A stretch of DNA of 64,000 nucleotides, taken from the NCBI GenBank assembly GCA_035712365.1, contig DASTAW010000064.1, positions 5,203 to 69,202 of the forward strand. The letters run 5' to 3'. A program made the translations under genes and the position numbers. This stretch comes from Terriglobia bacterium. GTDB lineage: Bacteria; Acidobacteriota; Terriglobia; UBA7540. The notes under the pieces were generated by a model, which was not told the DNA's origin, did not search any database, and was given only the letters and a program-made list of their open reading frames with translations. This document shows, piece by piece, positions 41,189 to 52,044 of the stretch. Within the stretch, counting starts at the first letter, position 1; each line of letters opens with the position of its first letter.

Positions 41189-42649
41189 ATGAAACGCTCT
41201 TTGTGTTTGCGCAGTGTACAACTGCGAGTCCTGGCGGTGGTGCTGTTGGTGGTCCTGGCGGCGCCGTGTCCGCTGCTGGATGCAGTGACAGGCGCGCCGG
41301 AGTTGCCCAATCCCGGGGAGGTCTCCATCAGCAAGCAGGAACAGGAGAAGCTGGGATTGAAGGTGGCAGGCGAGGTATACCAGCAAATGCCCATCCTGCC
41401 CGACTCTGATCCGGTCACGCAGTATGTGCAGCAGCTTGGCGGGCGATTACAGGCGGTGATCCCGAAGCAGTACGACTGGCCTTACCAGTTCCACGTGGTC
41501 CAGCAGAAAGAGATCAATGCCTTCGCACTTCCCGGCGGACCCATTTTCGTGAACCTGGGCACCATAGATTCAGCCGCCAATGAGGCACAACTCGCGGGCG
41601 TTCTGGGCCACGAGATGGCCCACGTTTACATGCAGCATTCGATCAAGCAAATGCAAAAGAACCAGGTGCCCAACGCAATTGCCGGGCTGGGCCAGATTCT
41701 CGGTCAGATGATTGGTGGTCTCGGCGGGGCGATCGCTTCAATCGGAGGTCAGCTTGGCGGCGGCATCCTGAGCATGAAGTATTCGCGTTCCGACGAAGCC
41801 CAGGCCGACGCGGTGGGGGCCATCATCATGTACAAGGCCGGCTATGATCCGCGTCAGATGGCGGTATTCTTCCAGACCCTCGAAAAACAGGGCGGCGCCG
41901 GCGGACCGCAATTCCTCAGTGACCATCCTAATCCCGGCAACCGATACGAAGCGGTCAGCAACGAAGTGCAGAAATGGCCGCCCGAGAGCTTCCGCACAAA
42001 CACGGCGCAATTCACCGAGATTAAGCAGCAGGCGCAGCGCAAGAGGGCCTACACCGCCCAGGAAATCGCGCAGATGGCCAAGAATGGCCAGATTCACAAC
42101 ACCGGTATGCCCGCGGACATGCCAGGACCCGGCAGCATGGGAAACGTCAGTCTATCCGACGTAATGCCCCGTGGCCGTTTTCAGCCGTTGAATACGCAGG
42201 CGTTCTCAATTGAGCATCCGAGCAACTGGCAGACCAATCAGGACCAGCAGGGCGGCGGAGTGACCATCGCCCCGGAAGCCGGCGTGAGCCAGAGCGGAAT
42301 TGCCTACGGGACCATGATCAGCGCCTTTAAGCCGCAGAATGCCGGAAACCTGGGTGAGGCCGTACAGGAACTGGTCTCGAGCCTGGCGCAGCAAAATCCC
42401 GGACTGCGCGTCACCGGCAGCCGCAACATCACGGTCAATGGTGTACGGGCCAAATCGGTGGACTTGAAGGGGCAGTCGCCGATCGGGTCCGATGGACGGC
42501 CTCTCCAGGAGCACGATTGGCTGGTGGCGCTGCCGTACCAGCAAAACCGGGTGATCTATCTCGTATTCATCGCGCCGGAGCGCGACTTCTCCAGGCTGCG
42601 GCCCACATTCGAGCAGATGCTGCGAAGCTTCCGCCTGGACCAGGGCTAG
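41189..42649 (+). CDS. secreted M48 family zinc metallopeptidase
   Basis: AGGAGG is 4 nt upstream. It has a signal peptide and the HExxH motif in LGHEMAHVYMQH. The C-terminal ~170 aa are unassigned. Confidence 0.85.
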   Translation: MKRSLCLRSVQLRVLAVVLLVVLAAPCPLLDAVTGAPELPNPGEVSISKQEQEKLGLKVAGEVYQQMPILPDSDPVTQYVQQLGGRLQAVIPKQYDWPYQFHVVQQKEINAFALPGGPIFVNLGTIDSAANEAQLAGVLGHEMAHVYMQHSIKQMQKNQVPNAIAGLGQILGQMIGGLGGAIASIGGQLGGGILSMKYSRSDEAQADAVGAIIMYKAGYDPRQMAVFFQTLEKQGGAGGPQFLSDHPNPGNRYEAVSNEVQKWPPESFRTNTAQFTEIKQQAQRKRAYTAQEIAQMAKNGQIHNTGMPADMPGPGSMGNVSLSDVMPRGRFQPLNTQAFSIEHPSNWQTNQDQQGGGVTIAPEAGVSQSGIAYGTMISAFKPQNAGNLGEAVQELVSSLAQQNPGLRVTGSRNITVNGVRAKSVDLKGQSPIGSDGRPLQEHDWLVALPYQQNRVIYLVFIAPERDFSRLRPTFEQMLRSFRLDQG

Positions 42650-42701
42650 GCACTGAGCGGTGCGCTTACCCTCGCGGGTCCATGCGGGTTAAAATCTCCC
42701 T

Positions 42702-45700
42702 ATGACCTCAAAGGCACTTGCCTGGGCGCACCCTCTGGTCCGCGATTGGTTTGTGGAGCGGTTTGGCGCTCCGAGCGAACCGCAGGAACAGGGCTGGCCG
42801 CACATCATTGCGGGAAGAGACGTCCTGATCTCCTCTCCGACAGGTTCCGGCAAAACGCTTGCGGCGTTTCTTGCGTGTATTGACCGCCTGGTGCGACAGG
42901 GGACCGATGGCGGGCTCCCGGACCACGTAGCGGTCCTTTACGTCTCGCCACTGAAGGCCCTCGGAAACGACATTCACAAAAACCTCGAAATTCCCTTGCG
43001 CGGGATCACGGACCTGGCCGCGCGGCGAGGAGTAGCGCTTGCCGAGATTCGCGCGGCTGTGCGCTCCGGTGACACGCTGGCGCCGGAACGGCGGGCCATG
43101 CTGAAGAACCCGCCGCAAATTCTCGTGACCACACCCGAATCGCTTTACATCCTGCTGACGGCTGAGAAAAGCCGGGCGATTCTGCGGCAGGTAGAGACGG
43201 TCATTGTGGATGAGATCCATGCCGTGGCGGACGATAAGCGCGGGGCGCACCTGGCCCTGTCGCTCGAAAGGCTTGATGCGCTGGTGCGCGCAGCCAATCC
43301 TGGCCGGCCCGCGCCGATTCGAATCGGACTGTCTGCCACGCAGAAGCCCATCGAGGAGGTCGCGCGATTTCTGGCGGGGGCGGAACGTCCTATGCCTGAG
43401 ATTGTTGATGTGGGCCATCGGCGTGCCATGGACCTCGCGGTGGATGTCCCGGCCGGGGAACTGGGGCCGATCGCCACGGAAGAAATGTGGGGAGACGTAT
43501 ATCACCGTATTTCTGAACTCGCTTTTCAGCACCGCTCGACCCTGGTCTTTGTTAATACGCGCCGGCTGGTGGAGCGCCTGGCGCATCATCTGGCCGAGCG
43601 GCTTGGAGAGGAAGCCGTCGCGGCCCACCACGGCAGCCTGTCCCGCAAAATTCGGCTCGAGGCGGAGAGGCGGCTGAAGTCCGGCGAAGCCCGTGTGATG
43701 GTGGCCACAGCCTCGTTGGAACTAGGCATTGATATCGGGATGGTTGACCTGGTATGCCAGATTAGCTCGCCCCGTTCCATAGGCGTTGCCCTGCAGCGAA
43801 TCGGGCGCGCCGGACATTGGCGGGGCGCAGTGCCGAAAGGCCGCCTTTTCGCGATGACCAGGGATGATCTGGTCGAGTGTGCTGCTTTGGTGAGGGCCAT
43901 CCGCCAGGGTGACCTCGACCGGCTCGAAATTCCCGTGGCCCCGCTCGACATCCTGGCGCAACAGATCGTCGCCATGTGCGCATGTGAAGAATGGAAAGAG
44001 GACGAACTGTTTCTGCTCGTGCGGCGCGCTTACCCTTATGCCAGGCTTTCACGGCGGGACTTTGACGAGATGATCGCCATGCTGTCCGAGGGAATCTCTG
44101 CCCGGCGCGGACGCCACGCAGCGCTGCTGTTTCGCGACCGCATCAATGGCCGGGTGCGTGGCCGCAGGGGAAGCCGTCTGGCGGCAATCACCGGTGGCGG
44201 AGCAATTCCTGACAGCGCGCTGTTCTCCGTGGTGTCCATGCCGGAAGGCACGGTGGTGGGTACAGTGGACGAAGACTTTGCCGTGGAGAGTATGGCGGGC
44301 GATATCATGCTGCTGGGAAACACTTCATGGTGCATTCGCCGCGTGGAGGCTGCGCGCAGCCGTCTGCTGGTGGAAGACGCGCACGGCGCCGCTCCCAACG
44401 TTCCTTTCTGGAGAGGCGAAGCTCCGTCACGCACAGCCGAACTCTCAGCTCAAGTGGCCGGCTTGCGCGAGGCCGTTGCTGGCATGGCTGCTAACCCGGC
44501 CGGTGCGGGCGGTTCGCAGGGCGGGGCTATTGACTGGCTGAAGCGCGAATGCGGCTTGGATGAATTGGGGGCCGGGCAGTTGATTGCGTATCTCCGTGCC
44601 GGACAATCGGTGCTGGGCGTGGTTCCCAGCCAGCGAGTCGTGGTTGCCGAGCGCTTTTTTGACGAAGCAGGAGGGATGCAACTCATCCTCCACGCGCCCT
44701 TCGGCGGACGGATCAACAAGGCCTGGGGACTGGTGCTCCGCAAGCGCTTTTGCCGGTCGTTCAATTTTGAGCTGCAGGCGGCAGCCACCGACAATGGGTT
44801 GAACATCTCTCTGGGCGAGCAGCACAGTTTTCCACTTGCTGATGTATTCCGTTTTCTCGACGTTCAATCGGTTGAGGCGGTCCTTCAACAGGCCGTGCTG
44901 GCATCGCCGATCTTCAACAACCGGTGGCGCTGGAATGCCAGCCGCTCACTGGCGCTTCAGCGGTTCCGCCAGGGCCATAAAGTTCCCATCTACATCCAGC
45001 GAATGCAGGCGGACGATCTGCTTGCCGCTGTGTTCCCCGAGGCGGCGGCTTGCCAGGAGAATATTGTCGGCGACATCCACATTCCTGATCATCCCCTGGT
45101 GCGCGAGGTAATGAAGGACGCTCTCACGGAAGCGATGGATATCGACGGCCTGAAACGCCTCCTCGGGGATATTTCCAGCGGCGCTATCGAGTGCCGCGCA
45201 ATAGATACCCCTGCGCCCTCCGCGTTCTCGCACGAGATTTTGAATGCCAATCCGTACGCATTCCTTGACGACGCTCCCCTTGAAGAGCGCCGCGCCAGGG
45301 CCGTTGAACTTCGCCGGGTTTTGCCGGAATCGATAGCGCGTGAAGTGGGCCGGCTGGATTCTGCCGCAATTGAGCAAGTATGCCGCGAGGCCTGGCCTGA
45401 TGTGCGTGACGCGGATGAACTGGCCGATGCGCTCCAGACGTTGGTTGCGTTGCCGGAGAATTTTGTGGCGCCGGAAGGCGGACCGGTGGCAGAAGCCTGG
45501 GGCGCATACTTCGCTGAGCTCAAAACGACCGGCCGCGCGATGCGCGCAACTTGCCAGGGCGCTCATCATTGGGTTGCGGCAGAAAAATCAATGACGTTTC
45601 AGTCGATCTTTCCTGGGTCGCAGTTTGATGGCGCGGCTTGTGGCATTGAAGATCCAGCTCCTTCAGGTGAAGACGCACTCTGGGAATTGGCGCGAGGCTG

Positions 45701-47039
45701 GATGGGCCATCTGGGGCCCGTCAGCGCAAATGGCCTGGCACAAATGCTGGGCTTGCCACCGCAGGAGATTGAGCAGGCGCTGCTGCGGCTGGAGGCTAGT
45801 GGAAGCATCCTGCGCGGCCAGTTTACCGCCTGTGGAGTCGAGGAGTGGTGTGACCGCCGGCTGCTGGCGCGAATCCATCGTCTGACACTCGGGACACTGC
45901 GCTCGCAGATCGCGCCGGTGACTCCATCGCAGTTTATGCGGTGGCTCCTTCGCTGGCAACACCTGGCGCCGGGAACGCAAGCGCACGGCGAGCGGGGGCT
46001 GCTGGAAGTCCTCCGTCAGTTGCAGGGTTTTGAAGTCCCGGCCAGTTCCTGGGAGACGCAGATTTTGGCCCCGCGCGTTGCCGGTTACGACCCTCAGTTG
46101 CTTGACCGCCTCTGCCTGACGGGCGCTGTGGGTTGGGGAAGGATGTCGCCGCATCCGGCCATTCTGGCGCATGCGGAAGTCAGTGAAGGCAGGGAAGCGG
46201 ACTATCATCGCGTGGTTCCTTCCAGCGTGGCGCCGATCGCGTTTTTCCTTCGTGACGAGGCTGACTGGGTAGGATTGGACGGCCCGCAACAAGGCAGGGG
46301 GAAGGAGGCGCTGAGCCCTGCCGGACGGCGCGTGCTCGAATTCCTTGAGCAACGCGGGGCATCATTTTTCGCGGATATCGTTCGCGGGAGTGGCCGGCTG
46401 AAATCGGAGGTGGAAACCGCGCTCTGGGAACTCGTGGCCGCGGGTCGCGTGACGGCAGATGGTTTCGATAACCTGCGGGCCCTGATCGATCCGAAGCGGC
46501 GCTCTGGACAGGGACGCGGGCGCGCCACCCGGCCGCGCCACAGCACCGGCCGCTGGTCCCTGCTGCCCGATCAAGCGCCTGACCGGCTGCGGGCGCTGGA
46601 ATCCGTCTGCAAGGCGCTTCTGGAACGCTACGGCGTGGTTTTCCGCGACCTGACGGCCCGCGAGAGTTTTCCGCTGAAGTGGCGCGAATTGCTGCAGGTC
46701 TTTCGCCGCATGGAGGACCGTGGAGAAGTACGTGGTGGGCGCTTCGTGGACGGCTTCCTTGGCGAACAATTCGGTCTGCCCATAGCCGTGGAGTCGCTCC
46801 GCGCGATGCGCAAAACCCTTCCTTCAGGTGAAATCGTATTCCTTTCCGCATCCGACCCACTCAATCTGGTCGGCATTGTCGTCCCGGGAGAACGTGTTCC
46901 AGCTCTTTCGAAGCAGCAGATCATTTTGAGGGATGGCGCATTTGGCGGGACCACAAAAAAGAACGCCACGGATGGTATTCACCTGAATCCGGCTCCCCAA
47001 AAACAAACGGCATTGCGCGCCACCGGGAAATACTGGTAA
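42702..47039 (+). CDS. lhr: Lhr-family large ATP-dependent helicase
   Basis: 1445 aa. Walker A is SPTGSGKT, the DExH box is VDEIH, and motif VI is QRIGRAGH. A long C-terminal extension is typical of Lhr. Confidence 0.9.
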   Translation: MTSKALAWAHPLVRDWFVERFGAPSEPQEQGWPHIIAGRDVLISSPTGSGKTLAAFLACIDRLVRQGTDGGLPDHVAVLYVSPLKALGNDIHKNLEIPLRGITDLAARRGVALAEIRAAVRSGDTLAPERRAMLKNPPQILVTTPESLYILLTAEKSRAILRQVETVIVDEIHAVADDKRGAHLALSLERLDALVRAANPGRPAPIRIGLSATQKPIEEVARFLAGAERPMPEIVDVGHRRAMDLAVDVPAGELGPIATEEMWGDVYHRISELAFQHRSTLVFVNTRRLVERLAHHLAERLGEEAVAAHHGSLSRKIRLEAERRLKSGEARVMVATASLELGIDIGMVDLVCQISSPRSIGVALQRIGRAGHWRGAVPKGRLFAMTRDDLVECAALVRAIRQGDLDRLEIPVAPLDILAQQIVAMCACEEWKEDELFLLVRRAYPYARLSRRDFDEMIAMLSEGISARRGRHAALLFRDRINGRVRGRRGSRLAAITGGGAIPDSALFSVVSMPEGTVVGTVDEDFAVESMAGDIMLLGNTSWCIRRVEAARSRLLVEDAHGAAPNVPFWRGEAPSRTAELSAQVAGLREAVAGMAANPAGAGGSQGGAIDWLKRECGLDELGAGQLIAYLRAGQSVLGVVPSQRVVVAERFFDEAGGMQLILHAPFGGRINKAWGLVLRKRFCRSFNFELQAAATDNGLNISLGEQHSFPLADVFRFLDVQSVEAVLQQAVLASPIFNNRWRWNASRSLALQRFRQGHKVPIYIQRMQADDLLAAVFPEAAACQENIVGDIHIPDHPLVREVMKDALTEAMDIDGLKRLLGDISSGAIECRAIDTPAPSAFSHEILNANPYAFLDDAPLEERRARAVELRRVLPESIAREVGRLDSAAIEQVCREAWPDVRDADELADALQTLVALPENFVAPEGGPVAEAWGAYFAELKTTGRAMRATCQGAHHWVAAEKSMTFQSIFPGSQFDGAACGIEDPAPSGEDALWELARGWMGHLGPVSANGLAQMLGLPPQEIEQALLRLEASGSILRGQFTACGVEEWCDRRLLARIHRLTLGTLRSQIAPVTPSQFMRWLLRWQHLAPGTQAHGERGLLEVLRQLQGFEVPASSWETQILAPRVAGYDPQLLDRLCLTGAVGWGRMSPHPAILAHAEVSEGREADYHRVVPSSVAPIAFFLRDEADWVGLDGPQQGRGKEALSPAGRRVLEFLEQRGASFFADIVRGSGRLKSEVETALWELVAAGRVTADGFDNLRALIDPKRRSGQGRGRATRPRHSTGRWSLLPDQAPDRLRALESVCKALLERYGVVFRDLTARESFPLKWRELLQVFRRMEDRGEVRGGRFVDGFLGEQFGLPIAVESLRAMRKTLPSGEIVFLSASDPLNLVGIVVPGERVPALSKQQIILRDGAFGGTTKKNATDGIHLNPAPQKQTALRATGKYW

Positions 47040-47135
47040 TCTATCTGCGCCAACCGGGAACGCGAATGCAGGAGGGTCCCGAGATTGGCGGTCACAAGCC
47101 TGCCTTGACCGTGAGTGTCATACGTTTTTGTGAAC

Positions 47136-47164
47136 TTGACAGAGAAGCGCGATCTATATAAATT
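47136..47164 (+). promoter_or_regulatory. sigma70-like promoter for the HU gene
   Basis: TTGACA, then TATAAA (15-nt spacer) or TAAATT (17-nt spacer). Confidence 0.45.
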
Positions 47165-47221
47165 CGGCAAAATTCGGACTCAATGTGAGTTGAGGACCAA
47201 CCAGCAGAGGAGATAACGAAG

Positions 47222-47515
47222 ATGATGACGAAATCGCAGATTGTGGCTCACCTGGCGGATAAGAATGGGTTGCAAAAAAGGCAGGCGGCCGCACTTTTAG
47301 AAGAACTGGCGGCACTGGCAGAAAAAGAGACCAGGAACACCGGACAGTTTGTAGTTCCCGGCTTTGGAAAAGCCGTGAAGGCCCACCGTAAGGCCCGGAA
47401 AGGCCGCAATCCTCAGACGGGCGCGGAAATCAAGATTCCGGCCCGGACCGTTGTAAAATTCCGCCTTGCCAAGGCATTTAAAGATGCCGTTGTTCCTGCT
47501 AAAAAGAAGAAATAA
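47222..47515 (+). CDS. hup: HU family DNA-binding protein with Lys-rich tail
   Basis: Has MMTKSQIVAHLA...GFGKAVKAHRKARKGRNPQTGAEIKIPARTVVKFRLAKAFKDAV. Confidence 0.9.
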   Translation: MMTKSQIVAHLADKNGLQKRQAAALLEELAALAEKETRNTGQFVVPGFGKAVKAHRKARKGRNPQTGAEIKIPARTVVKFRLAKAFKDAVVPAKKKK

Positions 47516-47742
47516 CTGAGAGCCGGTTGTCCCTGGAATCTGGCCGATTCCGCGATACCCGTCCGCCCAGTGGCTTAGCCTGGGCGTTGTCCGTTTATTG
47601 GAGAGGCCGACCAAAGATCCTTGTCGAGCGGGGAGAATGGCCGAGATCCTTCAGGGCGGTTCGGCCGCCATAGCTGTCAGGTCTTGTTGACCCGAAAAGG
47701 CAGACAAGCGTGTGCTTGGCGGCATGATCTCAGGAATTGAAG

Positions 47743-49011
47743 CTACCTCAGGCGTTGGTGGACCGCGACCGCTTCGCGGTTGGCTCGCGTCACCGCCTTT
47801 ACAAATTGCGTGTAGGGCTGGTCGTGGATGTTGACGAGCCCATAGTTCGAGTTTTCGCCGTCGAAGCGGCCCTCATGGGGTTCATCACACCATTCGAACC
47901 AGTGATAACCAACAGCTTCAGGCAGACTTTCCAGCCATTTCACGTAGTTCGTGTAAGCGCGGGAGCGCGCTGCCTGGTTTGGCACCTTGGGTCCGGCGCC
48001 CTGCGTATTGGGGAGGCCGGAGTCCTCGGCTCGGAAGGCGAATTCCGCCACCAGGACGGGGCGACGCGTCAACCTGTAGATGTGCCTGACAGTCGGGCGT
48101 GGATCGAACCGGTAAACGTCCACTGACACCACGTCGGTATGGTCCGAAGCGCGCAGCACCGGATCAGGCGGGGTCCCTGCAAACTTGGCGCCGAGATAAA
48201 GATGGTTGGGGTCGGCTTCGTGGATTGCGCCGGCGCAGACCTGAAAGTACCGCCGGGCGACCATGCCCAGGAATTCCGAGTTGTCGGCCTCGAACGCCTT
48301 TGTTCCAGCTTCAGCAGGAACATCTGCAAAACTTTTTGCGTGGACACCCCATGCCTGATTGAGCTTCTGGATCTGGCCGGAATACCTTTGCTTCAGGAAG
48401 TCAATTGCGTGTTGCCTGCCAGGAGCGTCTGACGGCAAATTCAGATACATTGCCAGCATGTTCTGCTTACCGCGCCAATCGGGCCCCCAGCGCAGTTCGT
48501 TGTCGCTGAAGTAGCCGATCAATTCAGGGTCCTGCGCTCGTGGTCCGCACTCTTCCTTCGCAATCTTCTGTGCCGTGGCTTCGAAGCGCGGGCTATACAC
48601 GTCCACGGGAACTCCTTTGAGCCAGTCGGCGCCGGAGCTGGTGGCGATGTCGAGAATCACCGCGTATGGCATCGTGCGGCCCCACAGGGCGGGATCCGAC
48701 CACGATCCAATGCTGTTGAACGCCCAAAGACTTAAACGCTTCGTCTCAGCCTGGATCCAGGCATTCTTGTCGGGATAAATCGTCGAAATATTTTCGAAGT
48801 AGGGATGTTGTGTGGTCCCGTGGATGACATCGCCGCGGTAGGATATGTTGTTGACCCCGATGGAAAGCGCGAGACTGCCCGAGGGGGCGACAAACCACCA
48901 TACGCCCGAGCGTTGTTCGACGCGAAAGTAGCCTTCCGCGGGGCGAAGTGGCGCTGGCGCGAAGAAGAGGCAACTCAATAGTAAAGTCAGTATCACCAGT
49001 TTCCTCTCCAT
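47743..49011 (-). CDS. secreted glycoside hydrolase, clan GH-A-like TIM barrel (family not assigned)
   Basis: ATG 49011 has GGAGG upstream and gives MERKLVILTLLLSCLFF (signal). SDNELRWGPDW, VAEFAF and HWFEWCDEP are motifs typical of (beta/alpha)8 glycosidases. The longest ORF (to 49206) overlaps the ROK gene. Confidence 0.55.
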   Translation of the reverse strand: MERKLVILTLLLSCLFFAPAPLRPAEGYFRVEQRSGVWWFVAPSGSLALSIGVNNISYRGDVIHGTTQHPYFENISTIYPDKNAWIQAETKRLSLWAFNSIGSWSDPALWGRTMPYAVILDIATSSGADWLKGVPVDVYSPRFEATAQKIAKEECGPRAQDPELIGYFSDNELRWGPDWRGKQNMLAMYLNLPSDAPGRQHAIDFLKQRYSGQIQKLNQAWGVHAKSFADVPAEAGTKAFEADNSEFLGMVARRYFQVCAGAIHEADPNHLYLGAKFAGTPPDPVLRASDHTDVVSVDVYRFDPRPTVRHIYRLTRRPVLVAEFAFRAEDSGLPNTQGAGPKVPNQAARSRAYTNYVKWLESLPEAVGYHWFEWCDEPHEGRFDGENSNYGLVNIHDQPYTQFVKAVTRANREAVAVHQRLR

Positions 49012-49070
49012 CCTGCTCAACCTCCTCCCAAAACGAATGGCTCCAAAATTGGAGCCATGCCGAAACCCTT

Positions 49071-50066
49071 TTAGCTGGCTGCAACGCCGTCTGCCTCTAT
49101 GGCTGCTTCGATCGCCAGCGCGGCGGCGCCCACAACACCGGAGGGTTCCGCGATTTGTGCTTTGACAACCGGTACCTTCCGGCAAAGCAGATAGCGGGTA
49201 CGCCAATCGATTTCCTTCTGAATCGGACCCAACAGAAAATCACCAGCCTGGGTGATTTGTCCGCCCAGTATGACGACTTCGGGATCGAGCACGTGAATCA
49301 AGCCCGCGATGGCGCTTCCGAGAATAAAGGTGGCCCTCTCGACTGCAATTCGAGCAACTTCATCGCCCTTTTGGGCAAATTCAAAGATGTCATTGCAAGA
49401 CGGAGGCCGCGAACCCGTCTCAAGAAGTTGCGTTTTGACCCCGCGATGCATGGCTGCAAAGACCTCCGCCTCGATGGCGCGCGCGGAAAAGAAAGTTTCC
49501 AGGCATCCGCGGTTCCCACAGATGCAGAGGCCGCCGTTAGGATCAACAGTGAGGTGCCCAAGGTGACCGGCCACTCCGCCGGCCCCGCGAATAATCTTGC
49601 CGTCCGCCAGGATTGCACCCCCAACGCCGGTGCCAAGCGTCAGCATGATGGCATTTCGCCGGCCCCGAGCTGCTCCCCAGATGTGTTCTCCCACAAACGC
49701 TACGCGAGCATCATTATCGGCGGCGACCGGGCACCCAGCCGGAACAAAAGGCGAGATCATTTCGCTCAAGCAGCGGCCTTCCAGATAATTCAGCTCGCCC
49801 GGCAGCGCTATCACTCTCGTCGAGTGCGGATCAATAATGCCTTTGCATCCGATGCCCACACCCTGAATCTTTACCTCACCAATGCGGAGGCTCCCCGCGA
49901 GCTCCTTCATTGCTCCCTCAAAATCTCCCATTGTCCTGGGTGTAGGCGCCCGGTGGGATGTTATGATACTGCCTTTGCCGTTGACCAGGGCAGCTTTGAT
50001 TTCGGTTCCGCCGATATCCAGGCCAAGAACAATCAAGTTGGAGGAACTTTTCTGGTCCGTCTCCAT
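49071..50066 (-). CDS. ROK family sugar kinase
   Basis: Has LGLDIGGTEIKAALV and the ROK zinc motif CICGNRGCLE. Confidence 0.85.
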   Translation of the reverse strand: METDQKSSSNLIVLGLDIGGTEIKAALVNGKGSIITSHRAPTPRTMGDFEGAMKELAGSLRIGEVKIQGVGIGCKGIIDPHSTRVIALPGELNYLEGRCLSEMISPFVPAGCPVAADNDARVAFVGEHIWGAARGRRNAIMLTLGTGVGGAILADGKIIRGAGGVAGHLGHLTVDPNGGLCICGNRGCLETFFSARAIEAEVFAAMHRGVKTQLLETGSRPPSCNDIFEFAQKGDEVARIAVERATFILGSAIAGLIHVLDPEVVILGGQITQAGDFLLGPIQKEIDWRTRYLLCRKVPVVKAQIAEPSGVVGAAALAIEAAIEADGVAAS

Positions 50067-50228
50067 GGTGGTACTGTCATAGTCGAATGGCGGCGGGTTG
50101 TCAACAGTGTATTACCCTGATTGCGGGGACACAGCCACTCGGGGTGCAATGCAGGTATTCAAGCTGGGCACGGCGTTAAGGGTTGACCTGGTTCAAGTTA
50201 ATTTGATATACGCGATGTGCAGGGTCAT

Positions 50229-50999
50229 ATGAGTGCTGCGGAACAATACTTCGAAAGGACCTTCCAGCTCCTCAAGGAGCTTCGAGAAAAGGAGCTGCCC
50301 GCCATCCAGCAGGCCGCCGAAATCTGCGCCTCGTCCATTGCTCAGGGAGGGTTGGTTTTCCTGTTTGGCAACGGCCACTCGCGCATGATGTGCGAAGAAA
50401 TGACGCCGCGCCAGGGAGGTTTTCCGGGTTTTGTCGCACTGGTTGAACAGTCTCTTTCAAACCACGCCGCGATAGTGGGCGTCAACGGTCTGCGGGCCCC
50501 GCTTTTTCTGGAGAAATACGAAGGGTACGCCGAACAAATCCTCCGCGGATTTCGCTTCGGTCCGCACGATGCCTTTATCATCATCTCAACCAGCGGCATC
50601 CGTCCCGTCGTGGTGGAGATGGCTGCGGGCGCCAAGAGGCGTGGATTGCCCGTCATCGCCATTGTTTCCCGCGCCCATTCGGACCAGTCGCTTCCTGCCC
50701 ATTCGTCGGGCAAAAAGCTCATCGATTTTGCAGATGTCGTCATTGATAATCATTGCCCACCGGGTGATTGCGTGGTGGAGTTGCCCGGTCTCGAGTGGCG
50801 CACCGGACCCGCTTCAACGGTGACGGGGGCGGCCATCATGAATATGCTGCGTTGCGAGGTGGCCGAGCGTCTGCTGGCCCGCGGAATCAAGCCGGAGCTG
50901 CTGCCCAGTCACCAGTTCGTTGGAAACACCAGCGCCGAGGAGCAGTTGGAGCGGTTTTACGAAGCCTATCGAAGGAGCCTTCGCCACCTCTATGAATAA
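50229..50999 (+). CDS. SIS domain protein (UPF0309-like sugar isomerase/deaminase family)
   Basis: Has MSAAEQYFERTFQLL..GGLVFLFGNGHSRMMCEE...FIIISTSGIRPVVVEMA. An alternative GTG start lies at 50217. Confidence 0.75.
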   Translation: MSAAEQYFERTFQLLKELREKELPAIQQAAEICASSIAQGGLVFLFGNGHSRMMCEEMTPRQGGFPGFVALVEQSLSNHAAIVGVNGLRAPLFLEKYEGYAEQILRGFRFGPHDAFIIISTSGIRPVVVEMAAGAKRRGLPVIAIVSRAHSDQSLPAHSSGKKLIDFADVVIDNHCPPGDCVVELPGLEWRTGPASTVTGAAIMNMLRCEVAERLLARGIKPELLPSHQFVGNTSAEEQLERFYEAYRRSLRHLYE

Positions 51000-52032
51000 T
51001 GTCCGGATCGCCATGCTCGGCTCGGGCTTCGTCGCGGAGTTTTATTTGCAAGGGCTGGCCAATGTCAACGGGCAGCGCGTCGTGGCGAATTTTTCGCGGA
51101 GCCGCGCCCGGGCAAAAGAGTTCGCCCGGCGATGGGCGGTCCCTGAGCCCACTACCAACCTCGATTCGCTGATTGCCCGGCCCGACATTGACCTTTATGT
51201 GATTGCGCTGCCGAACGAAGCCCACCTGCCAGTTTCGCTTGCTCTGTCACGCGCCGCCAGGAACCAGGTTTGCACCAAGCCCCTGGGCCGGAACCGCCGC
51301 GAGGCTAAGGCAATGCTAGACGCGGCAAAACAATCGGGCGCAATGCACGGCTATGCGGAAACGGAAGTCTTTGCTCCTTGTGTTGTGCGCGCCTGGGAGA
51401 CCATCCAGCAGGGCGGAATTGGCCGGGTGCTGTGGGTCCGTTCCAGGGAATCGCACGGCGGTCCGCACAGCCCTCATTTCTGGGACATTGAAAAGACGGG
51501 CGGCGGCGCCATGAATGATCTCGGCTGCCATTGCATTGCGGCTGCGCGATACTTCTTTGGCAAGGACGATCCGATTGTTGAAGTGATGGCCTGGGGCTCC
51601 CGGCTGGTCCATCACAAAAAGACCGAGGGCGAAGACAACGCTCTGCTGGTGCTCAAATTCAAGAGCGGCGGTATTGGCCACTGCGAATTGTCCTGGACCA
51701 CCAAAGGCGGTCTGGACCTGCGCAACGAGGTCCACGGTTCCGAAGGCTCGATTTTTACTGACGTCACTCGCGGCACTCCGATCACGAGTTTTTCCACCCG
51801 GTCGGCCGGCTATGTTGTCGAGAAGGCGGAGATTGATTTTGGCTGGACCCGGCCGCTGCCTGAGGAGGCTTTCGCCTACGGATATCAATCCGAGATGAAG
51901 CACTTTGTCGAGTGCGCCGCAAAGCGGGCGATACCCCGCGAAACTTACCATGACGGATACATTGTCAATTGTGTTCTTGAGGCGGGTTACCAGTCGATGC
52001 GCTCTTCGCGATGGGTGCGAGTCAAGTCCTGA
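50992..52032 (+). CDS. Gfo/Idh/MocA family oxidoreductase
   Basis: MNNVRIAMLGSGFVAEFYLQGL is a Rossmann N-terminus. The start overlaps the SIS gene by 8 nt. Confidence 0.8.
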   Translation: MNNVRIAMLGSGFVAEFYLQGLANVNGQRVVANFSRSRARAKEFARRWAVPEPTTNLDSLIARPDIDLYVIALPNEAHLPVSLALSRAARNQVCTKPLGRNRREAKAMLDAAKQSGAMHGYAETEVFAPCVVRAWETIQQGGIGRVLWVRSRESHGGPHSPHFWDIEKTGGGAMNDLGCHCIAAARYFFGKDDPIVEVMAWGSRLVHHKKTEGEDNALLVLKFKSGGIGHCELSWTTKGGLDLRNEVHGSEGSIFTDVTRGTPITSFSTRSAGYVVEKAEIDFGWTRPLPEEAFAYGYQSEMKHFVECAAKRAIPRETYHDGYIVNCVLEAGYQSMRSSRWVRVKS

Positions 52033-52044
52033 CCGCCGGTGTGT